Shown piece by piece: positions 25,380-39,252 of a DNA stretch of 64,000 bases. The notes under the pieces were generated by a model. It was not told the origin of the DNA. It saw only the letters and a program-made list of their open reading frames with translations, and did no database searches. Position numbers and translations under genes: made by a program. Numbering within the stretch: position 1 is the stretch's first letter; each line of letters begins with the position of its first letter. The DNA comes from Puccinia triticina (Eukaryota), in the NCBI GenBank assembly GCA_026914245.1, contig CP110439.1:5394001-5458000 (forward strand). The letters run 5' to 3'.

Positions 25380-25725
25380 TAGGTGATGTAATCACTGATT
25401 AATTCAATGAAAAATACAAAATTCAACATAAAGCCTCCAAATTTTTTTAGGCAACCTGCAGTGCTGGACTCTCCAACTTTGAAATCAGATTCAACTGATT
25501 CAGCCATCTTCAGCACCATAATACCATTATATTGCTTTTGACCAATATGAAGCAATATAATAGTATTATGGTGCTGAAGATGGCTGGATAAGTTGATTCT
25601 GCGTTCACAGTTGAAGAGACCAGCACTGTAGGTTGCCTACCAAAGATTTGGAGGTTTTATGTTGATTTGTATTGAATTAATTGGTGATTATGTCACCTAT
25701 ATTTATCTTGGTGCCAAACGGGGGC
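25380..25725. mobile_element. Foldback MITE, Tourist/Harbinger-like end (..CCAAACGGGGGC|TAA), left tip lost
   Basis: Palindrome centred at ~25543. Same family as 22254-22342/24833-24907. Confidence 0.8.
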
Positions 25726-25740
25726 TAAATAGAAGTAATA

Positions 25741-25929
25741 GGGGGGTTCACGTAAGGCTGCTTTTGCAAATCAGCCACCAAAACCAGCAGATGCAGCTTT
25801 TGAAAATCCTGAGAAAGCAATAAGGTTTGGCTGGGCAGCTCCCCTTTGGAAGCAATCTGCAAGGACCTTACTCACAGGTGCATGAGCAGACGAAATCAGC
25901 ATTGCTTTTTTTTGCAACGTGAACCCCCC
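25741..25929. mobile_element. MITE, TIR GGGGGGTTCACGT
   Basis: Perfect 13-bp TIR with TA/AAT flanks. Confidence 0.7.
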
Positions 25930-26247
25930 TAATAATCATGATCAGTTTGTGGCAAGGAGTTATAGAAGTTTGAATATCTCTCCCACCAAAATTCAACATT
26001 GCTCACCAAAAAGGGGCAATAGCACGCAGGTCCCTCCTGCGGAGGGCTGTCGGAGGCTTGCTTTGCAAGAACGCCTGCAGCAGAAGGACTTCGTTAAGTT
26101 TGGGTGCTCGCCCAGGGGACCACCGGGGCATATCCTGCGGGACGGGGCTTCACGGCGCCAATTGGCGCTGGTCCGAGTGGGTGGGCACCCCGCGGCACCC
26201 CGTGGCTCCCACCCCTGTAAATACCTGCTTCATGTCGGCAAACCTCC

Positions 26248-28040
26248 ATGGCCAAGCTAACCGATTTGCCAGCCGAACTAGTCCACAGGATAATAAGGCA
26301 TATCCTCCGGCCTAACGCCAATCTCCAGACATACGAATGGGATTGCGTCCTCGTCGATCCCGATGACCATCATCTGCTGGACCACAACGAAATCGGAGCA
26401 GTCCAGCGAAAACTAAGACCTCATCACGAGTTGGAACATCGTGCGCATACTCTGCCTACTCTTCGGACGCATCAACGCAACCACCGAACCACACTCGCTT
26501 CACAACCAAAAGTTTCATGGCCCCAAGGTGAAGAATTTCGTGCTCCCATCTAGACTTGGATATATACGCTGACAATCGATGGAGCTCCTACTCTCTATCT
26601 CTCTATAAGGTCTTCCATCCAATCCTCTCTTGCCGCTCTCATTGGTCAACCGTACCTTCCAAACATATGCTCAGGAGATCCTCTTCAAAAACGTGTCGCT
26701 GCTGAGTATACGCCAGGCGAGCTTATTCCTTCCGGCGCTTACTCGTCCACACCCAAGTGTAGACCAGCGGAACACACATGAGGACGGCGATGCAGAAGAG
26801 GTCCGATCGTCTGCGATCGACCCTTATCCTTATCTTAGCAGACTGGCCCGACACGTTCGTACCTTACAGCTCAGATGCATCAGTCCCTATTCGATGCATA
26901 ACGCGCTGCAGGGCGGCGGCCCTGTGCTTCGCGACATCATCTGGAGCTGCCCGTACCTCGAAAACATCACGATCAACACCATGTTGCCGATTGAGTGCAC
27001 AGAGGCACTCCTGGACGCCCTCGCGAGTCAACGACTGATCAAGGAGTTTGTCATCATCAGCAACGGCAGGCGCGGATCTACGTTGCTCCGATGGAACATC
27101 CATGACTTGCTCGGTCGAGTATTCCCTCAATGGGACTTCCTCGAGACGATCGAATTGGACGAGCTCGAGGGTCGGTCGGAGATTGCGAAGAAGCAGATTC
27201 ATACCGTCCCGAAGCCGAAGCTCACTTGCGCCCTCCGAACGATGATCTTACGCGGGCCTGAGGTAGACGAGGATGAGCTCTCGATGCTGGTGAACAGCTT
27301 TCGAGGCAGCATGCGGACTCTTGAAATCACCGGCCCGGTTTACACAATCGGCCGGGCCGGGATATGTCGGATCCTGAAAGAGTGCACGAATCCGGAGCTA
27401 GAATGCTTGAAACTTGACTGGCCTCACAACGAATATCCAATTCTATCCCCCCGGGATGGCATTGAGTCTGATGACCCAGTCACCAGCCCAGGCCTACTGG
27501 ATATCGTCTTCAAATCGCCCTCCGCACTCAGGAAACTCAAGTCTTTGACGTTCACTGGCAACCTTGCAACGCCCAAGTTGTTTGAACGCTTGCCTGATTC
27601 AATCGTCAAACTTGCCTGGCAAAACTGCGACCTTTGTCCCACCGCGCTTGTTGAGGTACTCTCGAGCAGAAGAAAGGAGAAGAAACTGTTACCTAACCTC
27701 AAGTGTTGCTCAGTCCGAAGCCGTGACGGATGTCAGTATTCTTATAAACGTCAAATAAGAGTGCAATTCGAAACATTTCCAAAACAATAGGGGGATAATT
27801 GCTCATATTATACAACCTTATTTCTCACTTCGATGGGTTTTTGTAGGGGATATGGACGAGGAACTGGTGCGATCAGCGTTAAAAGCACGAGGGATATGCT
27901 TCCACATGGATCTTGATTCAGATTATGGTGACCCGATGTCAGAGGATGAGAGGAGGGAAGCAGCCGAAGAGATGGATCCACATCTGCTGAACCAATTCGA
28001 CGAAAACGAATATGAAGATTTGGATTTCGATTACTACTGA
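26248..28040 (+). CDS. F-box-like / degenerate LRR protein, 3 exons
   Basis: N-terminal LTDLPAELVHRII, then LSLVNRTF and LxxLxL repeats. Introns at ~26528-26609 and ~27730-27847. Confidence 0.75.
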
Positions 28041-28842
28041 TCTTCTCCGCTCCATTTCCCTTCTCTTCTCACTCGCCCTTCTCCATCTCCCATTCAGTCC
28101 AGTCTCCTGCCAACTGCTCAATCGGCCGTGGTCCCCGCGGATTAAAGAGCAACAGTATCGTTTGTCGAGGATTGCAGCTGAAGTACCAAAATACAATAAG
28201 AAAATACCGCCAACTCAGTCATAACCTTTCAAATCATGATACCCAATCAAAACTTGAGTTATCTAGCTACCAACAATGTTTCATAACCTCTTCTTCAACC
28301 CACTTTTCTAATCGTTTTCAACAGGTCAGCAGCATATTTATTTTATTTCTCTTACGCTGAAGTTAAACCAAGAGCAATAATTGTTCTGTAACTTGAATGT
28401 TTTCAACACCTTCTGATCACCTGGATCAGCTTGTGTTTTCCATCCATGGTCCTTAACTTATGCCAATGTATGCATATTTCTGGACCCAAAATGCACAAGG
28501 TGGTCATTGTGAGATGTAAGCTTATCTGACTGCGGACAATTGGGCACTACTTCATGAGACAGATATGTAGCCTCAAAATCATATTAATACAGATAGAAAG
28601 ACAGAGACAGACATGTCCAGCGGGTGTTGATGGATGCACGGAACATGATGAGGTTGGGTGGCATGAAATGATCTAAATAAGTAGTGCAAACAAAAAAAGG
28701 ACACCGGAGGAGTCGTATATTTTTCTAGACAGTCCCAATCAACGAAGCGCGCAAGCAGACTGAATATAGCAAAGGAGGGTACACATCGAGAGGAGTGGAT
28801 GAGGTAAAGGCAGGCTGAGAGGAGACAAGAGGGCTGAGGCCA

Positions 28843-29960
28843 TTAATCACTCTCGTCAGACCCCGTCAGATCGATGATCTTAGACTTTTTATCATGATGC
28901 TCCTCGGAGTCAGAGCCAGTCAAATCGACTACATTGGGCTTTTTATCTTCATGTTGACCGCTCTTCTTCTGTTTTTTATCCTCACTCTTGATTCTTTTGC
29001 TGGTTTTGTTCTCCTCCCTCTTGGGTTTGTTTTCTGGTTCGGCCTTGGCGGCGGCTTCTGGGACCGTGGGTGCGATGATCCCTTCGGATTCCAAGATTGA
29101 TTGCGGTTTGTATTTAAAAATAAACTGGATTCGGGGTTCAAACAACAAAGACATCAAAAGAGTTAGTTACAAAAATCAAGAGGAAAGCAAAGGCGGGCAT
29201 GAAATGAATCAGATTCAAGACCGACTTCGAGGAACGGTTTTGGCTCAGCATTTTCAGCCTCCCAAATGATCGCTGGAGCTGGCTTGTGATCGATTGTTGG
29301 TTTGGCTAGACCGGCCGTAGTAGCAAGACAAGCTTTTTTAGAACGTTCGGAGAAGTTCATCTGATTCGTAGTTCGGATTTCATCAGGTTGATCGGCAAAA
29401 GATGCTGTTGATTGGGGGACGGCAACACATCTTGTGATATTGACCCGAATCGTACCAAGTGACTTGATCACATCCTCATCCTCACAAATCTTATCATCAT
29501 CGTCCGAGGGTTGATGTTCATCTGGATCGACTAGATTAACCGCGGCAAATTGAAGTGGTTGATATAGACCTTCTCCGACTGAAACTCCACCAACAGTATA
29601 AGGAAAACCATGCGTTCTTGGGAGTACACAGTCACCTATATCGATCCCATCCAAGTAGAAGCGGACGAGATAGTCTTCTGGCACGAGTGATTGTGGACTG
29701 TTGTTTGTTGCCGACCGAGTCTTGCTGCTGGCGGGAGCTGGCTTGCGGAGGGACGAGGAGGTGGTTGGCTTGATGTTGAAGGAAATCTCGAACGGACTGG
29801 CGGCCTGGGATTCGATCGTCGCGGTTTCCTGGATGGCCCCCGTCGTCGGGTCGGTGCTTGTTTCGTGCTTGTATTCTTTGCAGGGAGTTGCCGTTCCAGC
29901 TGTTGGTCGGTCGATGAGATTGATGGTGCACCATGAGCCGGAGGCCGCGTTGGTCGGCAT
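28843..29960 (-). CDS. Uncharacterised fungal protein, 2 exons, Lys/acidic tail with IDLT/VDLT motifs
   Basis: 265-aa ORF (FYLDG, LQFAAV, SLGTIRV, FSERSKK) spliced to FIFKYKPQSILESEGII. Confidence 0.75.
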
Positions 29961-30185
29961 GATATCGAGAGTTCGTTGGATGATCTGAGCAAGTCCTCGA
30001 GCTAAGGAATAGATCCGGGAGGTCGGGTCGGGTAAGGTATGCCGACATGAGATCCGGTGTACCCGGTACGCGATGTCGGGTACACCGGGTCTTAAGATGT
30101 AGGTCTTATTCTCAGCTATTCTCAGATATTCTCATCATAAAGTATTCAAGTCGCTGGTGGCTGTTTGTTTTTTATTTCTGTCTAA

Positions 30186-32727
30186 TAAGGTTCCGATCCG
30201 GACCCCGATGATCCGGTGATACCCGACCGGATACCGGGTCGGGTCGGGTCACGGGATGGGTCCAGAGATACCCGGTATCCGGTCGGGTATTTCTGTATAG
30301 GAGAGGGGCAGAGGAGAGACATTGTTCGCCTTCAATCCTCTGCTGCAACATGGCAGCGGAACCTCTCAAAAGAGAGGACTTTTTGACTACTTTGTTTGCA
30401 AAGACAACTGATATATGAAAGAAAAAAAGCTACAAAGTTGGTAATTTGATGTTATCGACATCGATGATGGCTTCAGCTAGCCAGTCTTTTAGACAGATCA
30501 GGGACTCAAGAGTTTCGACTTTCATCCGATTTCGTGTATAGTCCTGGATGTATCGACCGGCAGAGAAAGCTCTCTCGGTTGGAGCACTGGATGCAGGTAC
30601 CAAGAGGTATGTTCGAGCCATTGTCGCAAGGGTTGGAAACTGTTCGGAGTGCGTTTTCCAGAAGACTAGAGGATCGCAAGATTCCTCTTTGCATTCAGAG
30701 CTCAGATAGTAATCGACCTCTTCATCCAGCGACGACATCTTTCGTTTCTTTTTTTTGAAAAGGCTAGACTTCAATGTGTTCTTAGGCGCTGTTTCGGAAG
30801 GTTCGTCTGTTATGTGGTCTTTGTTGTATCTGTTATTCATGTACTTCTCGGCTTCACTCCGAAAGTCGTTGATAATTGATTTCCTGCTGCGAGTCATCAT
30901 TGCAAGGACTTCTGGAGAAAGGATGTCCATCTTGATGCGTGGGTCAAGCAAAGTTGAGCATATATAAACAGGTTTGTTGATTGCTGAATTGAAATATCCC
31001 TTCAGCTTGTCGAGCATATCTTGTGCGGCCGGAATCAGTCCCTGAGCGCCATATTTCTTAGAAGCCTATACGTTAGGAAAAGTTTGACAAGTACAATGAT
31101 TATTAATACTGATACAAGCTTAGACAAGATTGAAAAGAGTCGTACCTCTGTAAGCTTTTCCATCAAACAAATGTATACCGGTGCTGCAAGGACCAAAGTT
31201 GGAGTTTTTTTGGGCAAGATCGTATCTGTTGCTTCTTCAAGAGGCTCCAAGAAATTACAGAGTAGCTTGACTTTATCCCATTCCCCTGGTGTAAGGTCGT
31301 ACTTCTCACTCAAGTTGTGGGCTTCGCAAAATTCCGCAATACAAGCTCGAAGACTATATGCCCTCCTGAGCATGTGAAACGTCAAATTCCATCGGGTCGC
31401 TACATCATCAATCATCAATAATTTTTTCCCCATCAAGCGAATAGTGATGTCTAAGAATGCAGCTTTTTTTTGAGGGGAGCGCTTTAAGAAGGTTGTGAGG
31501 CTGCTGATTCGAGAAACAACGCTTTTGAATTCTATCGGATCTGCCACTGGTTCATCATTGAGGATGCTTGATAGTCCCTGCGGAACTTTGGGTGGTGGTG
31601 GTGGTGGTTGGGAGAGAGATTTTATTCCTGCTTGCGCGGCGAGGTTGATCACATGCGCCATACAACCAAGCATACAATTTTGACTATTGAACTGAATTTG
31701 AGTCGATATATAGGAGCTCATTGTGCTGTTGTTTGTCGCATTGTCGGCTGTGATACAGAATACCTTATTGGTAATGTCGAAAGACTTCAGCACCTCTATT
31801 AAGTGCTTTCCTAGATTAACTCCAGCGTGAGTTCCATCAACAATCTGAGCAGCTAAGACAATCGACCGAAGAGAAAAATTCTTGTCAATCCAGTGTGCTG
31901 TTACTCCTAGGATTGATTGGTTGCTAGGGGACGTCCAGGTGTCGCAGGTTAGGCTGATTTGGGACTTGATTCCGCGGAGCTGTTCGCAGAGGACTTGTTG
32001 TCCCTGTTGAAAGGTTAGCTGAATGAACGAAGCCAATGTGTCTGCAGTACAAATAAGATTTTTTGTTTCTGGGTTGCAGAGTCGAAGGAGCTCGCGAAAT
32101 TCCTCGTCTTCAATAACAATATAAGGAATGTTACAGTTGATGAAAAAGCGGGCAACTGTGGCAGTCAAGGAGTTGCGGTTGAGTTTCGTTGGTAATTTCC
32201 CTTTTTTCAAGAACTTTGTGATTGCACCGGTATCCGATTTTCCTTTGTGTATTTTATGGCAGCGGTCCAAGTGATTGATCATACTTTTGGTTGATCCCTT
32301 CCCGTCAACGGCAAGCTTTTTAAGGCATAAGTCTCTACCTCCGGGAGTCTTGTTGACCTGGCACACGTTGAAAGACGCATTGTTCGTGGTAGTCGTCTTG
32401 AAATATTGCCAAACCCAGCTTTTCTTGCCGGAAGCTTTGGGTTCAGCATCAACTGGCCGCGTTGTTGGTTTGTCTTCCGAGGCTGAATCGATCTCAATGG
32501 GTGCAGAGTCACTAGCGGCGCGTTTGGGGGCCATTTCTGGGTCGTGGAAGCAATGGTTGAGCGTTAATTCACGCAGAAGAGCTCAGATTCCCACCAAACA
32601 CACCTCAGAGCCTCAAAATCACAATTTTTGGGGATATCCGCCGGGTACCCGGTGTCGGGTCCGGATACGCCGGGTTCGGATCTCGGGAAGGCAATACCCA
32701 AACCCGGGGCACCGGATTGGAACCTTA
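30186..32727 (-). mobile_element. Full-length hAT transposon (2542 bp)
   Basis: TIR TAAGGTTCC(G/A)ATCCGG, perfect 8-bp TSD CTGTCTAA, ACCCG subterminal repeats. Confidence 0.97.
30430..32534 (-). CDS. hAT transposase (BED finger, DDE, dimerisation domain), ~674 aa, one intron 31145-31066
   Basis: SWVWQYF..HLDRCH, TCDTW, TADNA, CMAH, TRWN, PASSAPTERAFS. A phase-0 GT..AG intron joins both ORFs. Confidence 0.95.
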
Positions 32728-32901
32728 CTGTCTAAGCCAGGGATATATGTATAAGCTATTATTGTGGGACAGAAGGTGAATATATGGATATGCAATCTGG
32801 AGGGAGAGAAAGGAGTGATGGTGAAGGGAAAGGGGAGGGAAAAGAGACTGGAGAAGATGGAATTTCAACTGCCCAATTGATTGTGCTTTGGCAAACTCCT
32901 A

Positions 32902-33429
32902 CACAGCGGGGCAAATTGAGAAAAGGTGGTGCACCACATCCAGTCAACGCCACAGATGTGCCACTGAGACCTTGGGATTGCCCAGCAATTGTGCCAACAT
33001 TAGGGGCACCCCCATACCATCATTGCGGCACCTTGCCGACCATGGCACCATTGGGATGTCCCCAGCACGCTTTGGGTACCGTTGCGCAACATCGGCGTCC
33101 GGATGGGCGGCCCCAGGCTGCATCATGCATGTGACCAATCAATGACCCATAGCGGCTGAGCGGTCCCCAACCTTGCGATATCCAGCAACCGGGACGCTCC
33201 AGCAGCGTGATCCTCACCCCCATGGGACGCCCAAGGGACAATTGGGGCGCGTCACTGTGGCCCCAATCCAATTTACGCAAGAGGTGCGTGACCAGATTGC
33301 GCAACGGGGACGCCTCAGGTGCGCCCCTGGGACATGTCAAGACTGAGCGGCACCGTTGCGGTCATTGAATTGCGGGGTCCCAGGGGTGCAACCCTATCAC
33401 CCTTGGGGCACCCCATTGGCCCCGGTGTG
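32902..33429. mobile_element. 528-bp MITE with TA TSD (Tc1/mariner-like)
   Basis: TA|CACAGCGGGGCAAAT ... ATTGGCCCCGGTGTG|TA. Confidence 0.8.
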
Positions 33430-35184
33430 TATTACAGAGTGTTCTTTGGCACACTCCTATTATGGGAAGGAGCAGATAGTCAAGCAGCAAGTCTTGAGCA
33501 GGGAAGATGAGCCACATAACCTTGGGAAGACTTGAGCTCCAGACCTGCTCCAAAGCAAGGGCCTGGGTATAACCGTAACCCCAAAAGGGAGAACGGTCAG
33601 TGACCACTCCTCTAGACAATGCATATCAATCTGTCCCAGGTGTAAGAAGAAGCTTCAAGCTGACTTCTCCACTCCAAACAGCCACATCAGCATCTGGCGC
33701 AGAGCCAACTCAGATCACGCACAACAAGCACCCCGCAAGGTTAGCGTTTGTTGGCTGGGCCCCATGTAGTGGAGGTCCAACGGCTGATAGTATGTTCACA
33801 TCTACATCACAAACCAACCTGAAGCAATTTTAGGCTGAACAGGCGCCAGCCTCAGAGGACAAATCACTCCGGCACAAACTGGAGGCAAGCTCGCCAACTG
33901 CAGAGCCCTAACAGATAAAGGTGGCTGATTCAGTAGCTTGTACATGCTCAGGATACAGCACAAACAGATCCCTATCCCAGTGCATTGCCAAACCATGAGG
34001 CACATCCATACAAAGCCAAATGTGAGAGTGATAGAGCCCAAGCCAAAACCGCATAACACAGAAGCTAAAGCTGACATGCTCGTCTGACATCTTGTAGCAC
34101 TTTTTGCCATTGCTCACTTTCCACTCAAACAACAGCTGAACAACAGCTTCCAAATTTCTGTCTCTTTTCTCTCTTATAACCAGGAAGCGGACCACAACTC
34201 TCTCCTAGGTACTTCACATTCTTGGCTCAACTTAGTCACTAGATTAATAGTTACTAATAACAATATAATCATAGTTGTCCAACTTCCTTTTAAACCTTGC
34301 CCAAAGTCTTGTTTACATACTGTATGTTAGTGGTGGGTTACTCACGGGAAGATATGAATCCACTCAATGGAAGCTTACTGGGATAATCCGGTGGCTCTGA
34401 GTCGTAGATGGGGTTGAATCTGATCCAAAGAGTTTACACCCAGCGAATGATAAGTTTTTGAGACAGTCAGGCATGAGTTTCCAGGCAGTGATTTGTTGAT
34501 ATGAGGGAAACTGGATATTTGAAGTAGTGCTGTGTTGATGCATCTTCAAATAAAGAGGAATGAGTAAAAGATTTTTATTATTTTTGTCTCTTCTGAAAGT
34601 CTAAGGAACAATAGAGTTTGAGGAGTCCCCTTATGTATCAGGCTTCTTGAGTTTCACTAGATACAAACATATTGTTGGCCGAGAGGAATTGCTCCCGGTC
34701 AACGCGCTTGTACCCAGTGCTGGGTGGCCTCTTTGCTGGGAGGGATGTGTCCATGAGGCTGCAGGAATCACTATGGGCTTGGGCAGTCCATTGTCCATGC
34801 TGAGTGTCTGAGGACACCTGGAGGCACAGTGCTCAAAATTGAGCCAGCTGTGCCTTGTGGCTTAGCACCAGCCCATGCTGAGCTGTGCTGGAAGTCAGGT
34901 ACTGATCAAAGTACTAGCATGGTAACTGCTTGTCAACTGACATCAGTTTCTCAAGTTTTTTTTTCATAGTGTATGTATAAACCAGTTGTCCGAGAGATTC
35001 ATGGTATTGGAATCACACGCTCATCTACATATACATATATATCTGAGCTTGTACCAAAGAAAAAAGTTGACTGCATTAAGGGTTAAGAAACACTTATATG
35101 ATCCACAAATATTTTGATCTTCTGACCGCCCAGAAAGACGAAGAGGATAAAACAAAGATGATTCTGAGATATGAGGAAGATAGG

Positions 35185-37593
35185 TCAAGGAGGAGGAGGA
35201 GCAGGGAAGTATGAGGATTGTGGGGGGGAAGAAGAGGGAGAGGCCTGGAGGAGGACAGGAGAGTCGGAGGGAATGGGGGATTGTGGGAGTTTATCTGAGG
35301 CTTGGTTGGGGTGGGGAAGCGGAGCAGATGGGGGGAGGTGTTGAGGGGGAACAAAGACGGGGGAAGCTGCAAGATGGAAGCTCTCGAGTGCCTGGTCGAG
35401 GGAGGGCAAATGGGCCGGGGTTAGCAGGGGGTCCGCCCGGGCAAGGGGTGTGGGTTGGCGGGCGGTATCGAAGGTGAGTTTGCGGAGCGGACTAGCGAGG
35501 TCGGGGGCGGTGCGTGTGCGGATGGAGGGGGCTCTGGGGCGGGGCGAGAAGGTGAGCGAGCTGAGCGGGGAGTCGACGAGCTGGTCGGTGTAGCTCGATG
35601 GCGACCCCGGCCGACTCGTCCCGCTCGGCGAGCTCCCCAACGACTCCGAGACGTCGTCGGTCACCTGGCTCGTCCGGCTCCGCCGCTTGCTCGCTCGGAA
35701 CTTCCCGATCGCTTTGAACATCGTCGCTATCGTCTTCAGGCTCTTGAACGCATCCATGATCTCGCGCTCTGTTGGCGGCTGGATCGGCGTCAGGTCTGAC
35801 GCTGGCATCGTCATCGGCTGCCTGCCTTCCTCCGTCACCCACTTCGCTATCTATATATATAATAAAAACCCCATCCGTCAATGAGTGAGTCGCTTGAAAA
35901 AAAAAAAAACATTTTTTCAGGTCGGAGAAGAACTTGCCCGCAGCTCGTCCATCTGGATCCGTTGGTGGGGCGTCTTGGTCAGCAAGCTTCGCAGAAGCTC
36001 GACCAGCGAGCCGCTCAGATGACTCGGGAACTCAGGCCTACACACAAGCAAAATGAGTAAGCTGGAGGGACAAAAAACACACAAAAGAGGACGGGAGAGC
36101 CTGCTGTGCTGACGCGTCGTTCATGATCTTCTCGCACAGCACGATCTGGTTGTGCCCTTCGAACGGCAACTTCCCACACACTAAAGCGTACTTGTGTCCC
36201 CCCCATCCAATCCATCCATCAACAAAACAAAAAAACACACACACAGACACAGGGTGGGGATTTTCGGCGGTGGGTGGCACTCACCAGCGTGATGCCCATG
36301 GCCCAGATGTCGGCGATCCTTCCATGCACCCCTTCTCCAACTGAAAGAATCGGAATGCATAAGTTTTTTTTTTTTTTTGCAAATAAATCAATCTTGTATG
36401 GGAACGGTGAGGACTTACTTCCCATGCATACTTCTGGGGCCAGGAACGCAGGCGACCCAGCCGACTTATGCATCATATCACTACACATGCCGGCGAAAGA
36501 AAAGTGAGTGGGTATGTATGGTGAGCAGGGGGTGGGCAGGCTGACTCTCCAGGCTTAGCGAAGGATTCGCTGACGCCGAAGTCGACGATCTTGCAGAGCG
36601 GGTCGGGGCGGAGAGCGGGGTTGTCGAAGTAGAGGATGTTGTCGGGCTTGATGTCGCGATGGATGACCTGGTTGAAGTGCAGATACTCGATGCCCAGGAT
36701 CATCTGGCGGAACACGTTCCGTGCGCTTCCTTCTGAGAGCGGCGGTGTGCTCTCGTTGGGCTGGATCTGCATGACGGGGCCGTATGGACACAGTTCAAGC
36801 ACTGATGACCATCCCCCAAGCCCCCGCCAAAAAAAAAAAAAAAAAAAAAAAATGAATTGAGATCAGCAATGTTGGGTGCTGGAGTGGATGGGTCGCCGAG
36901 CTGACCGAAGAAGAGACTGTCCTGGTCGGTGTCGATGACTTCGAGCAGGGAGACGATGTTCGGATGGGAGAGTTTCTTCATGATGGCCACTTCTTCCTTG
37001 ACGAGCAGGATGCCCTCAGAGGATTCGGAGAGGAGTCGGGTGGGCTGCGTAGGCGACTGATTCGAGCTGGCGGAGCGGGACATGATCCTAGAGCGATGGT
37101 TGAGGATCCTAGCGCGCTTGCGCATGCGGGACTTGGAGTACTCCTTGATCGCATAGAGGGCCTTTCCGGGGGCAGCGTCGGGGCCGACGATGCTGGTATC
37201 CTGGGCGAGTTCGACGGAGCCGAAGGAGCCTCTGCCGATGGTCTTGAGGAGCAGATACTGGTTGAGTCTGCGCTGGCCGCTGTCGAGGCCGTCCTGGGAG
37301 AGCGAGGCATGGAGGGTCTGTCTGAAGGGGGGCGAGGGATGGGAGGGCGAGGGCGGGACGGGCAGGGGCGCTGGTGTGGCGGGTGCGTGGTGCAGACTGG
37401 GGCGCTTGAGCCGGCTGGGCAGCTTGGCCGACAGCTTGGGCAGGATCGCCGGGGGCGGGTTGGTCGCCGAGAGCTTGCGCGTCCTGGCTGCTGCCGGCGA
37501 GGTGCCCCGGCTCGTCGAGGGTGGGCAGGAGTAGGCGGTCAGCGACCGGCTCGAGGGCGCCGGGCTGGGCGAGCTGTTCGTGGTCGCGGTCAT
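35185..37593 (-). CDS. Ser/Thr protein kinase, CAMKK (Ssp1/Sak1-like) family, multi-exon
   Basis: LNQYLL..IGRGSFGSV, YAIKE, EVAIMKKLSHPNIV, HRDIKPDN, DFGVS, AGSPAFLAPE, DIWAMGITL. Confidence 0.92.
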
Positions 37594-37848
37594 CTTTTGG
37601 GGGGGCCGCTGCCAGGCCGGCACCCGGATGTCTGCACGCCCGGCGATTATGTAAGCAGGAGGCAGCCCGATCGGCGATGACGCCCCCGGCCGGCCGAAAA
37701 GCCTCAGGTTGGCACAACTCTTAAGGAAGCCAGCCCTGGATGTATTCAGTGCTTCAGTGACTCATGCATCAGACTAGCTAATGTATGTATGCAGATGATC
37801 TCTTAGAGCAAACAACCATTTCGAATGAACAATACAAGAACGCAGATC

Positions 37849-39221
37849 CTACAAGTCATCGTCGATGAAATATAGGTCGACACTCTCAATAAAGAGTTGG
37901 ATGGCCAACGCGAGCTGAGTGTGCCAGGTAGTAAGCCAGGCCTTGTAGTAGTTTTGGCCTGGAAAACCATCGGTGTCCGGAACCAGAGGAAGAAAATGAA
38001 GGCGTATCAGAGCTAAAGCAGCTTCAAAACACTCCGCGAGCCGTTTGGCCATCTCTCGGTGAGTGGAACTAGTGAAACCATAGATATCTTTGCCGAGGGC
38101 CACCGCCATGATGAGGCAGCGGAGATGAACAGCCACGACGGAGGCCAATTCGCCTAGCGATTTCAGCTGGTCGGAGCTCATTTCTGTGAACAAGGGGAGG
38201 CGTCTTTTGTTCATTCCTTGTTTTGATAGTTTTTTTGAAAAACAGTCTGGAGAGCTTCACGATTGGCATTGCGGATTTCGATATCTGGTCGCTCGGCGAT
38301 TCCCCCGTATATATCCTATTTTCTTTGTTCGAATCCGCTGTCTCTCTCAACAGACGTTCCAGACACTCGTCGATGCGCCGCCTCGGGTCTGACCAGTGAT
38401 GCTGGACAAGGTCAAACTCCGATCCCTCTAACCATCCGATCGCCAGCTCGATTGCCAATAAACAAGAGGACGTCATGTTCACTATCAATTTTCTGCAGTC
38501 AGATATTAAAAGTTCTCTGTATTTGGAGCTGCCGATTGGGTGACCTTTTGTTGAGCATTGCATGCGTTGAATGAGCGCCACTCCAGCGATGGAAATCCCG
38601 TTAACTGGGCCACAGACCTCTTTGATCCGATAGCGCAGGCCAACTAACCGAAAGAATTTGAATTCTTGGAGATGCTGGTCATTCTTGGTGGCTCCCGAAA
38701 ATGGCTGTGGATCGTGAGAGGCCCAATCAAGCGTATGATTGATTTGACTCAAAGTCTCATCGAGGGCGGATTGGATCTCTAAGATGAGCTTGAGATGCAA
38801 ACCTGGATCGTTTGCCAGCCGATTTGGGTCTAATGATCGTGCAAGATTGGTGATCTGGTGTCTGAGTTGCGGGAGAAGATTCGAGTGTAGGGTTCTCAAG
38901 AGATTGTTGATCATGTCGGCTTGCTCGTCGGAACACGGCTTTCCCTGGACAGACCTGAGGAACGGATCTGGATTGACGGTTGGATCGCGCATGTGTTTCT
39001 CGAGACCGTTGAGCCCGTCGACGACCAAATCTAGTGGAGAGGGGTTTGCGTGCCACTCCAGTCAGCGAACATGTTTACCACACCGCAATATTCAGGATGA
39101 AAAGGAAAGCTGCACTCTATAACATACCACCCAGAGGCCAATGTTGCTCGTTTCTCGAGGATCCCATGTCTTCAGGTGCCTGGGGCGCGTCGGACCCTGT
39201 GCTGGTGCTTGACTCGGCCAT
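37849..39221 (-). pseudogene. Helical rust-type hypothetical gene with a frameshift in an A-run (~38230-38236)
   Basis: The 319-aa and 121-aa ORFs join as LSRLFFKK|LSKQGMNKRRLP if one A is removed. Short exon 1 from ATG 39221. Confidence 0.7.
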
Positions 39222-39252
39222 GGTGTGTATGTCCTTGATGTGAAGTCCGGTT

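Noticed and set aside
33500..34550. Possible decayed Cys-rich transposase fragment
   Set aside because: Fragmented frames with no motif I can identify confidently.
36831..36852. Poly(A) as a retroposon tail
   Set aside because: It is the poly(T) tract of a kinase intron on the minus strand.
35211..37724. Many overlapping ORFs around the kinase gene
   Set aside because: Antisense and alternative-frame shadows caused by high GC content.
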